A DNA stretch of 64,000 bases, taken from NCBI GenBank assembly GCA_964618805.1, contig CAZUBM010000003.1:1-64000 (forward strand), written 5' to 3'. This stretch comes from an uncultured Nitrososphaerota archaeon. Lineage in GTDB: Archaea > Korarchaeota > Korarchaeia > Korarchaeales > Korarchaeaceae. Numbering within the stretch: position 1 is the stretch's first letter; every line of letters begins with the position of its first letter. Both the position numbers and the translations under genes were made by a program. Below are positions 1 to 8,884 of the stretch, piece after piece. A model generated the notes under the pieces. That model worked only from the letters and a program-made list of their open reading frames with translations, did not search any database and was not told the DNA's origin.

Positions 1-2
1 AG

Positions 3-191
3 AGGATTCAGGAAGTGAGGAAAGATCCGTTTAAGGAAGAGAGGGTTAGAGGATATAGGAATGTCTTTAAGACAAGAATAGGGAATTATAGGCTTGCCTA
101 CAAGGTTGAGGGAGATTGCATCTTATTGATAATAGTAGACAAAAGGGGTAAGATCTACGAGGAACTTAGGAGGAGATTGAGGGAGTTTTAA
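3..191 (+). CDS. RelE/ParE-family type II toxin, 5'-partial (runs off window start)
   Basis: Manual translation RIQEVRKDPFKEERVRGYRNVFKTRIGNYRLAYKVEGDCILLIIVDKRGKIYEELRRRLREF*. It has the RelE 'R-I-G-x-Y-R' motif and the 'R-x-x-I-Y' C-terminus. Confidence 0.85.
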   Translation, partial: RIQEVRKDPFKEERVRGYRNVFKTRIGNYRLAYKVEGDCILLIIVDKRGKIYEELRRRLREF

Positions 192-531
192 GGGATCTAG
201 TCTTGATAAACCCAAAATTTATTAGGTCGGAACGCTTTTGAAGCCTAACTATCATTACATATCAACACACCGCCAAAAAAAGCAACTCAATTCTTCTGGG
301 CTGGGATTCAACCCGGCCCATATCTTAATTCATCCTCAAATACATTCGGAAGGTTTTGGAGAAGACCAAGAAAAATCGAGGTATCCTGAATTCTTCCTTA
401 TTTATTAAAAATATCAAATTTATAACCATAAATTTAAGATTAAAGAAATTATCAGAATACATAAAGTCCTACTTCCAAGATAAAAGGTTTGAAATTTGTT
501 GTCATTTTTCTAATTGCTCCTATCATCAAAC

Positions 532-681
532 TTAGTTACTTTCTGCTTCTAGAATGCGTTTCAGTTTTCTAATAGCCTCTATACTCTCTTTTGCACTTTC
601 TTCTACATTATCTAGTGCTATCACAAGTACTTCTCTCAAGGGTTTGATTCTTCTGGCTTCCTCAAGTCTAGCGCGCGCCAA
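532..681 (-). pseudogene. C-terminal fragment of a helical/coiled-coil protein
   Basis: Manual translation (L)ARARLEEARRIKPLREVLVIALDNVEESAKESIEAIRKLKRILEAESN*. It begins at the GCGCGCGC junction (671-678) with no visible SD. Confidence 0.4.
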
Positions 682-682
682 G

Positions 683-1287
683 ATGATCTACTATTTCCCC
701 TGGCCTGGACTTGGATCTAAAGCCTTCACTGTAGATGTAACCACAAGGAGAATACTGGTAAGGCCCCCCATAACAGGATCCCCAGAATACGCCAAGGAGG
801 AAGTACAGAGGATAGTGGAATTTGTCAGGCGTAGCTTCCAGGAGGAAGGGTGGGAGCTGTCAGAACCATACGAGGATGGAAAAAATCACTGGGGGTCTAC
901 GATCCCATAGGAGAGTACGCCAAGAACCTTGGCCTTATAGTGGATGATGACGTGGGAGCTGTCGATAACTCCCCAGGAGAAGATGGAGAGCTGGACATAT
1001 ACGATAAAGTGAGCGACCCAGAGAGAGTAAAGCGCTACATCCTGGCTGTCACTGAATATATCCCTAAGGGCTACCAAAATCTTGATAAAAGGATCCAGGA
1101 GATGGAGACCACTGTAGGCCAGGCCCTGGAGAAGATGGCTAAGAGCTTGGAATCTATGGCCTCAGCAATAACCACTATGGGGGATAACATAGTCACCTTG
1201 GCCACTAACGTGAACACCCTGGCTAACCAGGTAGCTGTCCTGACACACTCACAGCCCCAGCCCACAGGAGGTGGTATAAGTGGCTAA
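683..1287 (+). pseudogene. Virus/plasmid-type hypothetical protein with C-terminal coiled coil, frameshifted and probably 5'-truncated
   Basis: ORFs 554..910 and 850..1287 join as ...EPYEDGKNHWG/VYDPIGEYAK... if one G is added to the G5 run at 891-895. It contains DNSPGEDGELD and a heptad tail. Confidence 0.5.
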
Positions 1288-1831
1288 GGCTAAGAAGTAC
1301 TTAATTCCCAGGGATAAGGCTATAGCTGTCGCTCACAGGGTAACTATGGCCATAAGACATCTAGCTGACGTATACGTGGCTGGGAGCCTTAGAAGGGGGA
1401 AGCACATAGTCCACGACGTAGACCTGGTGGCTGTACCATTTGACGAGCTTGGCGTCTTCCAGCTAATAGAGGGAGAGCTAAAGAGCATAGGGCCATCATA
1501 GAACAGAAGGGTTCTAAGAAGTGGACCTTACTCTTAGATGATATCCCAGTAGACATCTGGTGGGCTAATAGGAGTAATCTTGGAACTATTCTACTCATAA
1601 GAACTGGACCCAGGGACTTTAACGTGGAACTAATAAAGAGGGCTAAGAGTCTAAGGCTGGAATTCAGTGCCTCTAAAGGGGTAATGGAGGGGGAGGGTCA
1701 TAGCTTCCACCACTGAGGAGGCCATATTTAGCGTCCTTAACCTTCCATACATACGCCCAAATCTTAGAGATCTACCACTGGCTGAGGCTGGTTACGATTA
1801 CGAGTCAGAGGAGGAGGATTTCTATGGATGA
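1280..1831 (+). pseudogene. Minimal family-X DNA polymerase-like nucleotidyltransferase, two frameshifts
   Basis: Three frames give VAGSLRRGK..HDVDL, then IPVDIW...LLIRTGPRDFNVEL..RAK, then TEEAIFSVLNLPYIRPNLRD. These are the PolX palm and thumb motifs. Shifts fall at G-runs 1490-1492 and 1689-1693. Confidence 0.8.
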
Positions 1832-2134
1832 GGTCTGGATACAGCAAAAAGTAAAGGAGTTAAAGACAGTCCAGGAGAGGGTAGAGTACCTCCTTGAGAA
1901 ATACCCAGAGACCAGGAATAACGACCTTTACCTAGTAATCAGATACTGGAGAGAATTTGATGGCCTGAGCATCTTTATACCACCAGAATTCATCTGGGGG
2001 AAAAAGAAGCTAACCAGTTTTGAATCTATACGCAGATCCAAGCCAGCGGAAAATTCCTACCCACAGATCCAGAGGTACTGAAGGAACGTAAGAAAATGGA
2101 GGAGCCTTTTAGAAGATTCGTGAGGGATGAGTGA
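1824..2134 (+). pseudogene. Phage-type hypothetical protein, frameshifted near 2035
   Basis: LLEKYPETRNNDLYL..YW...LTSFESIRR continues in another frame as IQASGKFLPTDPEVLKERKKMEEPFRRFVRDE*. The stop overlaps the next ATG (TGATG). Confidence 0.55.
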
Positions 2135-2358
2135 TGGATCCTGATGTAACTGTCAGCGCCCCCAAGCTGGCCAGGGTAGTAGCTGAAATAAGGGGACGTA
2201 GCATAACCCCACAGACTATGAGAGATGTGATAAGGGGATTTGAGCAGAAATTAAACGCCCTCTGTCCAGAGTGGATCCAGTTAATAGCATTGATAGGGCT
2301 TCTGGAGGATCCAGAGTACAGGAAAAAGATACGCATAGTCTACAGGGAGGATATCTAA
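2134..2358 (+). CDS. Small hypothetical protein (element-borne)
   Basis: Short ORF translationally coupled to the upstream gene by a TGATG overlap. Confidence 0.5.
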   Translation: MDPDVTVSAPKLARVVAEIRGRSITPQTMRDVIRGFEQKLNALCPEWIQLIALIGLLEDPEYRKKIRIVYREDI

Positions 2359-2365
2359 TCAGGAA

Positions 2366-2787
2366 ATGGGTAAGAGGATCCTTTCCTTACTTCCCTTCCT
2401 TAGAGAGAAAGAATCCCTGAAAGAGGGAGAGGAAGAAGAGAGACCGACATGTCTTGAGATCCTGATAGAGAAGAAGGGATATACCTACTTAGTACGAATT
2501 CCTAGACTCAGAAAGAAGTTTTATGACATCTCAGATAGGATCCAAGCTCCAAAAGCCTATCTCGGCAACTTCTTAATTCAGTTAGCCCACAACTATAGTA
2601 TGGATGGAGGAGGGATCCTTATCCTAACAGATAAGGAGCCATAGAGATCATCAAAGAGGTAAGCAAGATGAGACTAGACAGGAAAGGATCCTGGAAAGAA
2701 TGCGTTGATCTTATACTCAAATTCAAGGAGATTGCTTCTACAAGGAAAGTAGGAAGCCTAAAGATGGATGAGAGAAGGGAGAAATAA
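2366..2787 (+). pseudogene. Hypothetical protein, probably frameshifted at ~2640
   Basis: ORF 2366..2644 continues in another frame as IEIIKEVSKMRLDRKGSWKECVDLILKFKE...REK* if one C is added at 2639-2640. Confidence 0.45.
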
Positions 2788-3230
2788 GTTCTCAAAAAAT
2801 TGAGAGTTAAAAATTGTTACCCTCGGAAAACTGAGACCCAACCTGGCAAGGTGCATAAGCTACCAACGTTACAATTTGTACGGAAAAGGAGGCCTCTCAT
2901 AGCTTACATAGCCCAGCCCTTTCATTATAAAAGGAAGAAAGGAGGTTTAGCTCAAACTACGGATCTCGTTGACGTACAACTTGAAAGAAAGATGATGTTA
3001 TAATGTTACCTAGTGCAAAAAATACACTTAGTAGTCAAGGTTAATCGACACCTTAAACATCCAAAAAGGGGGGTTTGGGGGAGGGTGTTTCCCTTGTACA
3101 ATGTACAAATTTTATAGGCAAAACCTAGTATCTTTTAACATCTGTTTTTACCGTAAAGAGCTATATTTAAGAATGTGAACGAAAAATTAATTCCTAGAGA
3201 GAGTTTTCTTAGCAGATCTTCAAGGTTTTT

Positions 3231-4286
3231 ATGCATTCAATCATAAGGAAAGGCTTAATTAAACTGGGAAAGATTCAGATGAATTCAAATGATCTAAATG
3301 AAATTCAAAGTAGCTCACAAGGACCGATATCTTTGAATCATAAAAGAAAACTGATTTTGACCAAAGAAAACTTAAAGGAAGAGTTTAAGAAAAGATACAA
3401 AGCTCTCCTAGGACTAGATTATGATAAATTTATAGATTGCTTGTTTTCAAAGCCGCCGACCTTCATCAGAATCAATCCTATGAAGGCACCCGTAAAATGG
3501 TTAAGACAAAAGAATTGGGAAGTTGAGAGAGTGGCTTGGTATAAATATGGATATAAGGTGATTAAAGGACCTGAAAACATTGGAAATACCGTAGAACACA
3601 GACTCGGCCTTTTTTACGTGCAGGATGCTGCTTCAATGGTGCCTCCCGTGGCTCTTGATCCTAGGCCAGGGGAGAGAGTTTTAGATCTAACTGCAGCTCC
3701 TGGATCTAAAACTACCCAAATGGCGGAGATGATGAGATGGAAAGGAGTTATAGTGGCTAATGATATAAGCATGGCAAGAATAAACGTACTTAGCTCAAAT
3801 GTGCAGAGAATGGGTTCTATAAATGTAACAATAACTCAGCTAGATGGAAGATTCATTCACAAGATTTTCGGAAAAGATAGGTTCGATAAGGTCCTTTTAG
3901 ATGCTCCATGTAGCTCGGTTGGTGAAGTAAGGAGAAATTGGAGTCCCCTAATACGTTGGAGTCTGCGTCTAGTACTACGTCTCTCTAAGCTGCAAAAGGA
4001 ATTGGCTACTGCAGCTTTTATCGCCTTAAAACCAGGAGGTAAAATGGTGTACTCTACCTGCACTTTTGATCCAGAAGAGAACGAGGAGGTGGTACAACAT
4101 CTGATAGAACTTGGTGCAGAGGTGCTAGAAATGAAAATCCCTGGACTTAATGCAAGATCTGGCTTGATAGAATGGAATGGTAAAAAATTTGATCCTAGTA
4201 TCTCAAAATGTCTGAGGATATATCCACATTGCAACGACACATTGGGCTTCTTCGTCTGTCTATTAGAGAAACCAGAGAGGTTATGA
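3231..4286 (+). CDS. RsmB/NOP2 family RNA m5C methyltransferase (start uncertain)
   Basis: Motifs YVQDAASMVP, VLDLTAAPGSKTTQ, LLDAPCS, VYSTCT and PEENE. Confidence 0.95.
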   Translation: MHSIIRKGLIKLGKIQMNSNDLNEIQSSSQGPISLNHKRKLILTKENLKEEFKKRYKALLGLDYDKFIDCLFSKPPTFIRINPMKAPVKWLRQKNWEVERVAWYKYGYKVIKGPENIGNTVEHRLGLFYVQDAASMVPPVALDPRPGERVLDLTAAPGSKTTQMAEMMRWKGVIVANDISMARINVLSSNVQRMGSINVTITQLDGRFIHKIFGKDRFDKVLLDAPCSSVGEVRRNWSPLIRWSLRLVLRLSKLQKELATAAFIALKPGGKMVYSTCTFDPEENEEVVQHLIELGAEVLEMKIPGLNARSGLIEWNGKKFDPSISKCLRIYPHCNDTLGFFVCLLEKPERL

Positions 4287-4289
4287 AGG

Positions 4290-4727
4290 TTGTGGGAAAT
4301 TTTGGACCAAAAAGAGTTAGCTAGGCTTAAGAGAAGGCTACTTGAAAGGTATGGAATAGCGGAAGTTCCTCATGTAATTGTAAGGTCTGGCAAACGGAAA
4401 TATAGAGCTGCTACAAAAGAGGCGATTGAAATAATGAAAGCTTGGCTAGTTGGCGTTTACATAATGAAGGAAACTCCCTTTGGATTAATGCTTAGCATTG
4501 AAGGTACTCAACTTCTAGGCCCTTTGGCTAAGAAAAACGTTTTCGAGATCTCTCAAGAAATGATTGATGGATGGATGCGTGGAGAAGACATTGAGATTGG
4601 TGCTAGAAATGAATTGGAACGAGGCCTCGTAATCATAAGATGTGGAAACCTCTATTTGGGTTCAGGCCTATATGATGGCCAGCGGATCAAGAACCTTCTG
4701 CCTAAGGCAAGAAAAGTGGTGGGTTAG
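4290..4727 (+). CDS. NIP7/RsmF C-terminal-like PUA-fold partner protein
   Basis: LSIEGTQLLG..AKKN, WMRGED and LGSG...IKNLLPK motifs; coupled to the NOP2 gene. Confidence 0.7.
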   Translation: MWEILDQKELARLKRRLLERYGIAEVPHVIVRSGKRKYRAATKEAIEIMKAWLVGVYIMKETPFGLMLSIEGTQLLGPLAKKNVFEISQEMIDGWMRGEDIEIGARNELERGLVIIRCGNLYLGSGLYDGQRIKNLLPKARKVVG

Positions 4728-4731
4728 TAGC

Positions 4732-7089
4732 TTACCCATTTAGGGCTTTTTCCAGCATTATCCTTCTCTCTACTCTAGCAACTAGCCTTCTTGTAGCTAT
4801 TACAACATCTGGATTAACGCTTATGCTGTCAATGCCATTTCTCACTAAGAACTCAGTGAATTCAGGATATACGCTCGGTGCCTGTCCACATATACTTACT
4901 GTAGCTCCTTTCTTGTGAGCACCCTCTATTATGCGCTTTATTGCATTCAAAACCGCAGGATCTCGCTCATCGAAGTACCCCGCTCTTCCAAGCACTTCAC
5001 TATCCCTATCCACGCCGAGTACCAACTGTGTAAGATCGTTTGAGCCTATGCTAAAGCCGTCGACCAGCTCTGCGAATTCCTCAGCTAAGAGAGCATTGGA
5101 TGGAATTTCAGCCATTACCCAAACTTTGAAGTCCTTTCCTCTCTCTAAACCTTCCTCTTTCATTATCTCTAGTACTCTCTTGACCTCCCATATTGTCCTG
5201 ACGAAGGGTATCATGACCCAAACGTTATTTAGCCCCTGATCATGCAGTCTCTTTATTGCCCTTACCTCTAACCTAAAGGCTGGTTCAAAAGTTGGAGATA
5301 TATATCTAGAGGCTCCTCTCCATCCAAGCATTGGATTAGCCTCTAATGGTTCATACTTCTCCCCTCCTTCAAGTTTTGCGTATTCGTTTGTCTTGAAATC
5401 GCTGAACCTGACTACAACGGGTCTTGGATAAATTGCTCTGGCTACCATGCCAATTCCTTCAGCCAACTTCTCCACATAGAAGTCAGATTCGCCGCGTTCT
5501 ATGGCTACGAGGGGATGCATCTTTATCCAGCTGGCAATTATGAACTCTATCCTCATCAAGCCTATACCATCTATCGGAAGGTCTTTATACTCGTCTATTT
5601 TGTCAGGAACACCTAAGTTCATGAAGATCTTTGTAGCTGTTATGGGAATTTCTAATGCTGCATACCCAACTCCAGCAGCTGGAGCCAGTTCCTTTGCTGG
5701 TTTGCGAATGAGGTCTTCCCTAATACCTTCATAGACCATGCCAGTTCTACCGTCAACGGTATACTCTTTGCCCGTTTTCATGATTTTTGTCGCATTTCCT
5801 GTTCCTACAATACATGGTATGCCCAGTTCTCTGCTGACTATAGCTGCATGGCTAGTCATACCACCTTCATCCGTAACTATTGCGGAAACGATCTTCATGT
5901 AAGGCTCCCAATCAGGAGACGTCATTCTCGTGACTAGAATATCTCCCTCCTTGATAAGCTCCTTAGCATCCTCTAGCCGTAGTGCAACTTTAGCGACGCT
6001 AGCAGCAATTCCAGGACTTGCTGGAAGTCCTTTTACTATGGGTTCTGCCTTAACTTCTGCCCTTGGTTTTTCCTCGGTTACAGCTTCCCTTAAACTCCAC
6101 ACTGTTTCTGGCCTTGCCTGTAGTATGAATATGTCATCGGGTGGATTTAAGTCCATGTCAACAGCCCACTCAACATCCATAGGTTTTCCATAGTGCTCCT
6201 CTATCTTTAACCCATATTCTGCCAATTTCTTTATCTCCTCGTCCGAGATCGCCTGCATCTTCCTCCTTTCTTCCTCTACTTCCCTCTCTATAGTTCCTCC
6301 TTCTGGTGTCAACAATATTTCTATCCTTTTGTCGCCTATGTGCTTTTCTTTAATTTCTAAGGTCTTTTTATCAACGACATAAGTGTCTGGAGTTACCTTT
6401 CCTCCAACAACGGTCTCTCCAAGCCCCCAACTTGCCTCAATAACTAATTCATCGGTTCTACCGGTAACAGGATTTATTGTAAACATAACTCCGGCGCTAC
6501 GAGAGTTTACCATTTTCTGAACTCCTACGCTGATGAGAACATCCTCGTGCCTGAAACCCTTGTCCTCCCTGTATGAAATCGCTCTTGGGGTGAAAAGACT
6601 TGACCAACACTTTCTAACTTTTTTCACTAATTCCTCTTCGCCCTTAACCCCTAGAAAAGTCTCTTGCTGGCCAGCAAAGCTAGCATCTGGCAGATCTTCG
6701 GCTGTTGCTGAACTTCTGACCGCAACTAAGGGATTCTTTACGTTAAGCCTTTCCTCTAACTCTCTATATGCTTCCTTTATCGCTTCTTCTATATCTTTTG
6801 GAATCGGCGTAGATTCGATAAGCTCTCTTATCCTTCTTGAAGCTTCTTCATATGCAGCAGGTGTCTTTTTCTCCCCAACAACCTCTTTGATTATATCATA
6901 GATCCTCTCAGCTATTCCCATTTCCTTAAGAAAGCGCTCATAAGCGCGCGCAGTTACTGAAAAGCCTGGAGGTATGGGTAAGCCAATGGCTATCATTTCT
7001 CCTAAACTAGCAGACTTTCCACCAACCAATGGCACGTCCTTCATGTTAGTTTCCTCGAACCATAGAACTAAACGCTCATCTCTTGACAT
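4732..7089 (-). CDS. ppsA: Phosphoenolpyruvate synthase
   Basis: VGGKSASLGEM, AVRSSATAEDLPDASFAGQQET, GGMTSHAAIVSRELG, EANPMLGWRG and SIGSNDLTQ. Start set at MSRDERL. Confidence 0.97.
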   Translation of the reverse strand: MSRDERLVLWFEETNMKDVPLVGGKSASLGEMIAIGLPIPPGFSVTARAYERFLKEMGIAERIYDIIKEVVGEKKTPAAYEEASRRIRELIESTPIPKDIEEAIKEAYRELEERLNVKNPLVAVRSSATAEDLPDASFAGQQETFLGVKGEEELVKKVRKCWSSLFTPRAISYREDKGFRHEDVLISVGVQKMVNSRSAGVMFTINPVTGRTDELVIEASWGLGETVVGGKVTPDTYVVDKKTLEIKEKHIGDKRIEILLTPEGGTIEREVEEERRKMQAISDEEIKKLAEYGLKIEEHYGKPMDVEWAVDMDLNPPDDIFILQARPETVWSLREAVTEEKPRAEVKAEPIVKGLPASPGIAASVAKVALRLEDAKELIKEGDILVTRMTSPDWEPYMKIVSAIVTDEGGMTSHAAIVSRELGIPCIVGTGNATKIMKTGKEYTVDGRTGMVYEGIREDLIRKPAKELAPAAGVGYAALEIPITATKIFMNLGVPDKIDEYKDLPIDGIGLMRIEFIIASWIKMHPLVAIERGESDFYVEKLAEGIGMVARAIYPRPVVVRFSDFKTNEYAKLEGGEKYEPLEANPMLGWRGASRYISPTFEPAFRLEVRAIKRLHDQGLNNVWVMIPFVRTIWEVKRVLEIMKEEGLERGKDFKVWVMAEIPSNALLAEEFAELVDGFSIGSNDLTQLVLGVDRDSEVLGRAGYFDERDPAVLNAIKRIIEGAHKKGATVSICGQAPSVYPEFTEFLVRNGIDSISVNPDVVIATRRLVARVERRIMLEKALNG

Positions 7090-7120
7090 ATGCTGGCCCA
7101 CTCCCTCCGACAAGAGTCGA

Positions 7121-7960
7121 TTAAAAAGATGACCCAAACTTGAGGATAAATGTATCGCCAGGTTTAATGTTTAAGAATTTTGCAGCGCTGCCTTTATTTA
7201 GCGAGATTTCAATGAAATCCTCACTTCCAGGCAGTATAAGAAACTCTTTTGGCTTTCCTTCAAAATATGATGAAGCTGGTTTTAGAAGAGAGGTCTTTCC
7301 CTTCGCAATTATTGTTATTTTTTCTTTAGAGGTTATTTCATGATACAAATTAGTTGGAATATTGGTTATTAGATTGCCAAACCTGTCTACATGTAATACT
7401 CTTGCTTCTATCCCGTTATCTATCCATTTGACGTCACCAAAATCAAGTTTTTTAGGACTACGTATTACGGGACCGAGTTCTTCAAGTTTCATCCCAGCGA
7501 CAAGGTTAGCAGCTGCTGGTGCAAAGACATCTCGACCGTGAAATGTATGGCTAGTGCATTCGAAGAATTTCCTTCTTATCTCTCGGACTTCAATTATTCC
7601 GAAGTAATTTGCAGCTGGCATTAATACCCCGTTATCAGGCCCTATTAACACGCATTTTCTTGTCTTGATAGCTAAGGGCTTTCTTTCCGATCCCACTCCA
7701 GGATCTACTACAGCTACGTGAATAGTCCAAGTAGGAAACCAGCGTACAGCTTGATATAGCAGGAAAGCTGCCTGTAAAACGTTGAAAGGTTCCACCTCGT
7801 GCGTTATGTCAATTATTATTGCGTTTGGCGCAATAGATAGAATAACTCCCTTCATCGATGAGACATAGTAATCTCTCGTCCCGAAGTCCGTTAAAAGAGT
7901 AATAATCCTCCTGACTGAGTTTTGCTTCATGATCTCTATCCTGTCCTTAGTTTTCTTCAT
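7121..7960 (-). CDS. SAM hydroxide adenosyltransferase (DUF62, chlorinase/fluorinase family)
   Basis: ITLLTDFG, VVDPGVG, GPDNG, TFHGRDVFAP and DRFGNLITN. Confidence 0.93.
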   Translation of the reverse strand: MKKTKDRIEIMKQNSVRRIITLLTDFGTRDYYVSSMKGVILSIAPNAIIIDITHEVEPFNVLQAAFLLYQAVRWFPTWTIHVAVVDPGVGSERKPLAIKTRKCVLIGPDNGVLMPAANYFGIIEVREIRRKFFECTSHTFHGRDVFAPAAANLVAGMKLEELGPVIRSPKKLDFGDVKWIDNGIEARVLHVDRFGNLITNIPTNLYHEITSKEKITIIAKGKTSLLKPASSYFEGKPKEFLILPGSEDFIEISLNKGSAAKFLNIKPGDTFILKFGSSF

Positions 7961-8832
7961 TCTTCTTTTCCTAGAAAGTCTCTAACCAAATCTACTAGCT
8001 GCATTGGCAGCACGATCTTTGTTGAAGGAGATGTCGCTACCTCCTTTAGAGTGTCTAGATACTGAAGCCTCATAGTATTAACATCTATCTCTCTTGCAAC
8101 ACTGAAGATAGTTCTAAGAGCCTCTGCGTATCCTTCTGCCTTCAATACAGTGGCTTGTTTCTGCCCTTCTGCCTTCAATATGGCTGCCTGCTTTTCTCCC
8201 TCAGCAATCAATATGGCTGAAGTCTTTTTTCCCTCGGCTTCTGTAATCATGGCTCTTCTATCTCTTTCTGCAGCCATCTGTTTGATCATAGCCTCTTGCA
8301 CTTGTCTAGGAGGCAATATCTCCCTTATTTCTACGTTTGTTATTTTGACGCCCCATCTCTCAGTAACTTCATCGAGCTTTACCCTTAGGACTTGGTTTAT
8401 GTCATCTCTTTTAGCTAAGACTTCATCCATCTGCATCTCTCCAATAACCGCTCTTAAGGTTGTAGTAGCTAAAGCAAGAGCTGCTCCCTTAAAGTTCGCT
8501 ACGTTCAATACGGACAGTGCTGGGTCCACTACTTTAAAGTAGACTACGAAATCTATGTCAGTCGGGGCATTATCCTCTGTTATACATGTTTGGTGGGGAA
8601 TTTCAAAGTAATTTTCTCTAAGATCGACCCATATGATTCTGTCAATGATGGGAATTCTGAAAACTAGCCCAGGACCTCTAACTCCTATAAAACTACCGAG
8701 CCTAAGTATGACCAGCCTCTTATACTCTGGAACTATCTTAATTGCGGATGCTATGAGAGCTAGAACCACAAGACCTATGATGAAGGTCGTTATGGTCCCT
8801 AAAGATATGGGAAAGACTTGCGTAACTCTCAC
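7957..8832 (-). CDS. SPFH/stomatin-like (QmcA-type) membrane protein
   Basis: N-terminal TM, GPGL, TTLRAVIG, WGVKITNVEI and QMAAERDRRA coiled coil. Confidence 0.93.
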   Translation of the reverse strand: MRVTQVFPISLGTITTFIIGLVVLALIASAIKIVPEYKRLVILRLGSFIGVRGPGLVFRIPIIDRIIWVDLRENYFEIPHQTCITEDNAPTDIDFVVYFKVVDPALSVLNVANFKGAALALATTTLRAVIGEMQMDEVLAKRDDINQVLRVKLDEVTERWGVKITNVEIREILPPRQVQEAMIKQMAAERDRRAMITEAEGKKTSAILIAEGEKQAAILKAEGQKQATVLKAEGYAEALRTIFSVAREIDVNTMRLQYLDTLKEVATSPSTKIVLPMQLVDLVRDFLGKEE

Positions 8833-8884
8833 CTCCTATTCTTTAGGTTTCTTTTGGCTTATAACTCTGCTCCTTTCATGTGCT

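Larger units (their letters stand above)
1..3200. mobile_element. Degraded provirus/plasmid-like region (right part; boundaries approximate)
   Basis: Contains a TA toxin, a PolX-like gene and short, tightly overlapping co-directional ORFs of phage-like character with multiple frameshifts. Intact housekeeping genes begin at ~3231. No integrase or att site is visible. Confidence 0.6.

Noticed and set aside
554-682. Signal-peptide-like N-terminus of ORF 554..910
   Set aside because: The Ser/Leu/Phe-rich stretch is the antisense shadow of the minus-strand coding fragment 532-681.
2800-3003. 67-aa ORF
   Set aside because: No SD, no recognisable motif, and it lies in the motif-rich non-coding edge of the element.
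8815-8842. Non-canonical start for the stomatin gene (the annotated GTG is embedded in the GGAGGTGA SD)
   Set aside because: Suggestive, but the variable N-terminus has no conserved residue to fix the start, so it cannot be decided from sequence.
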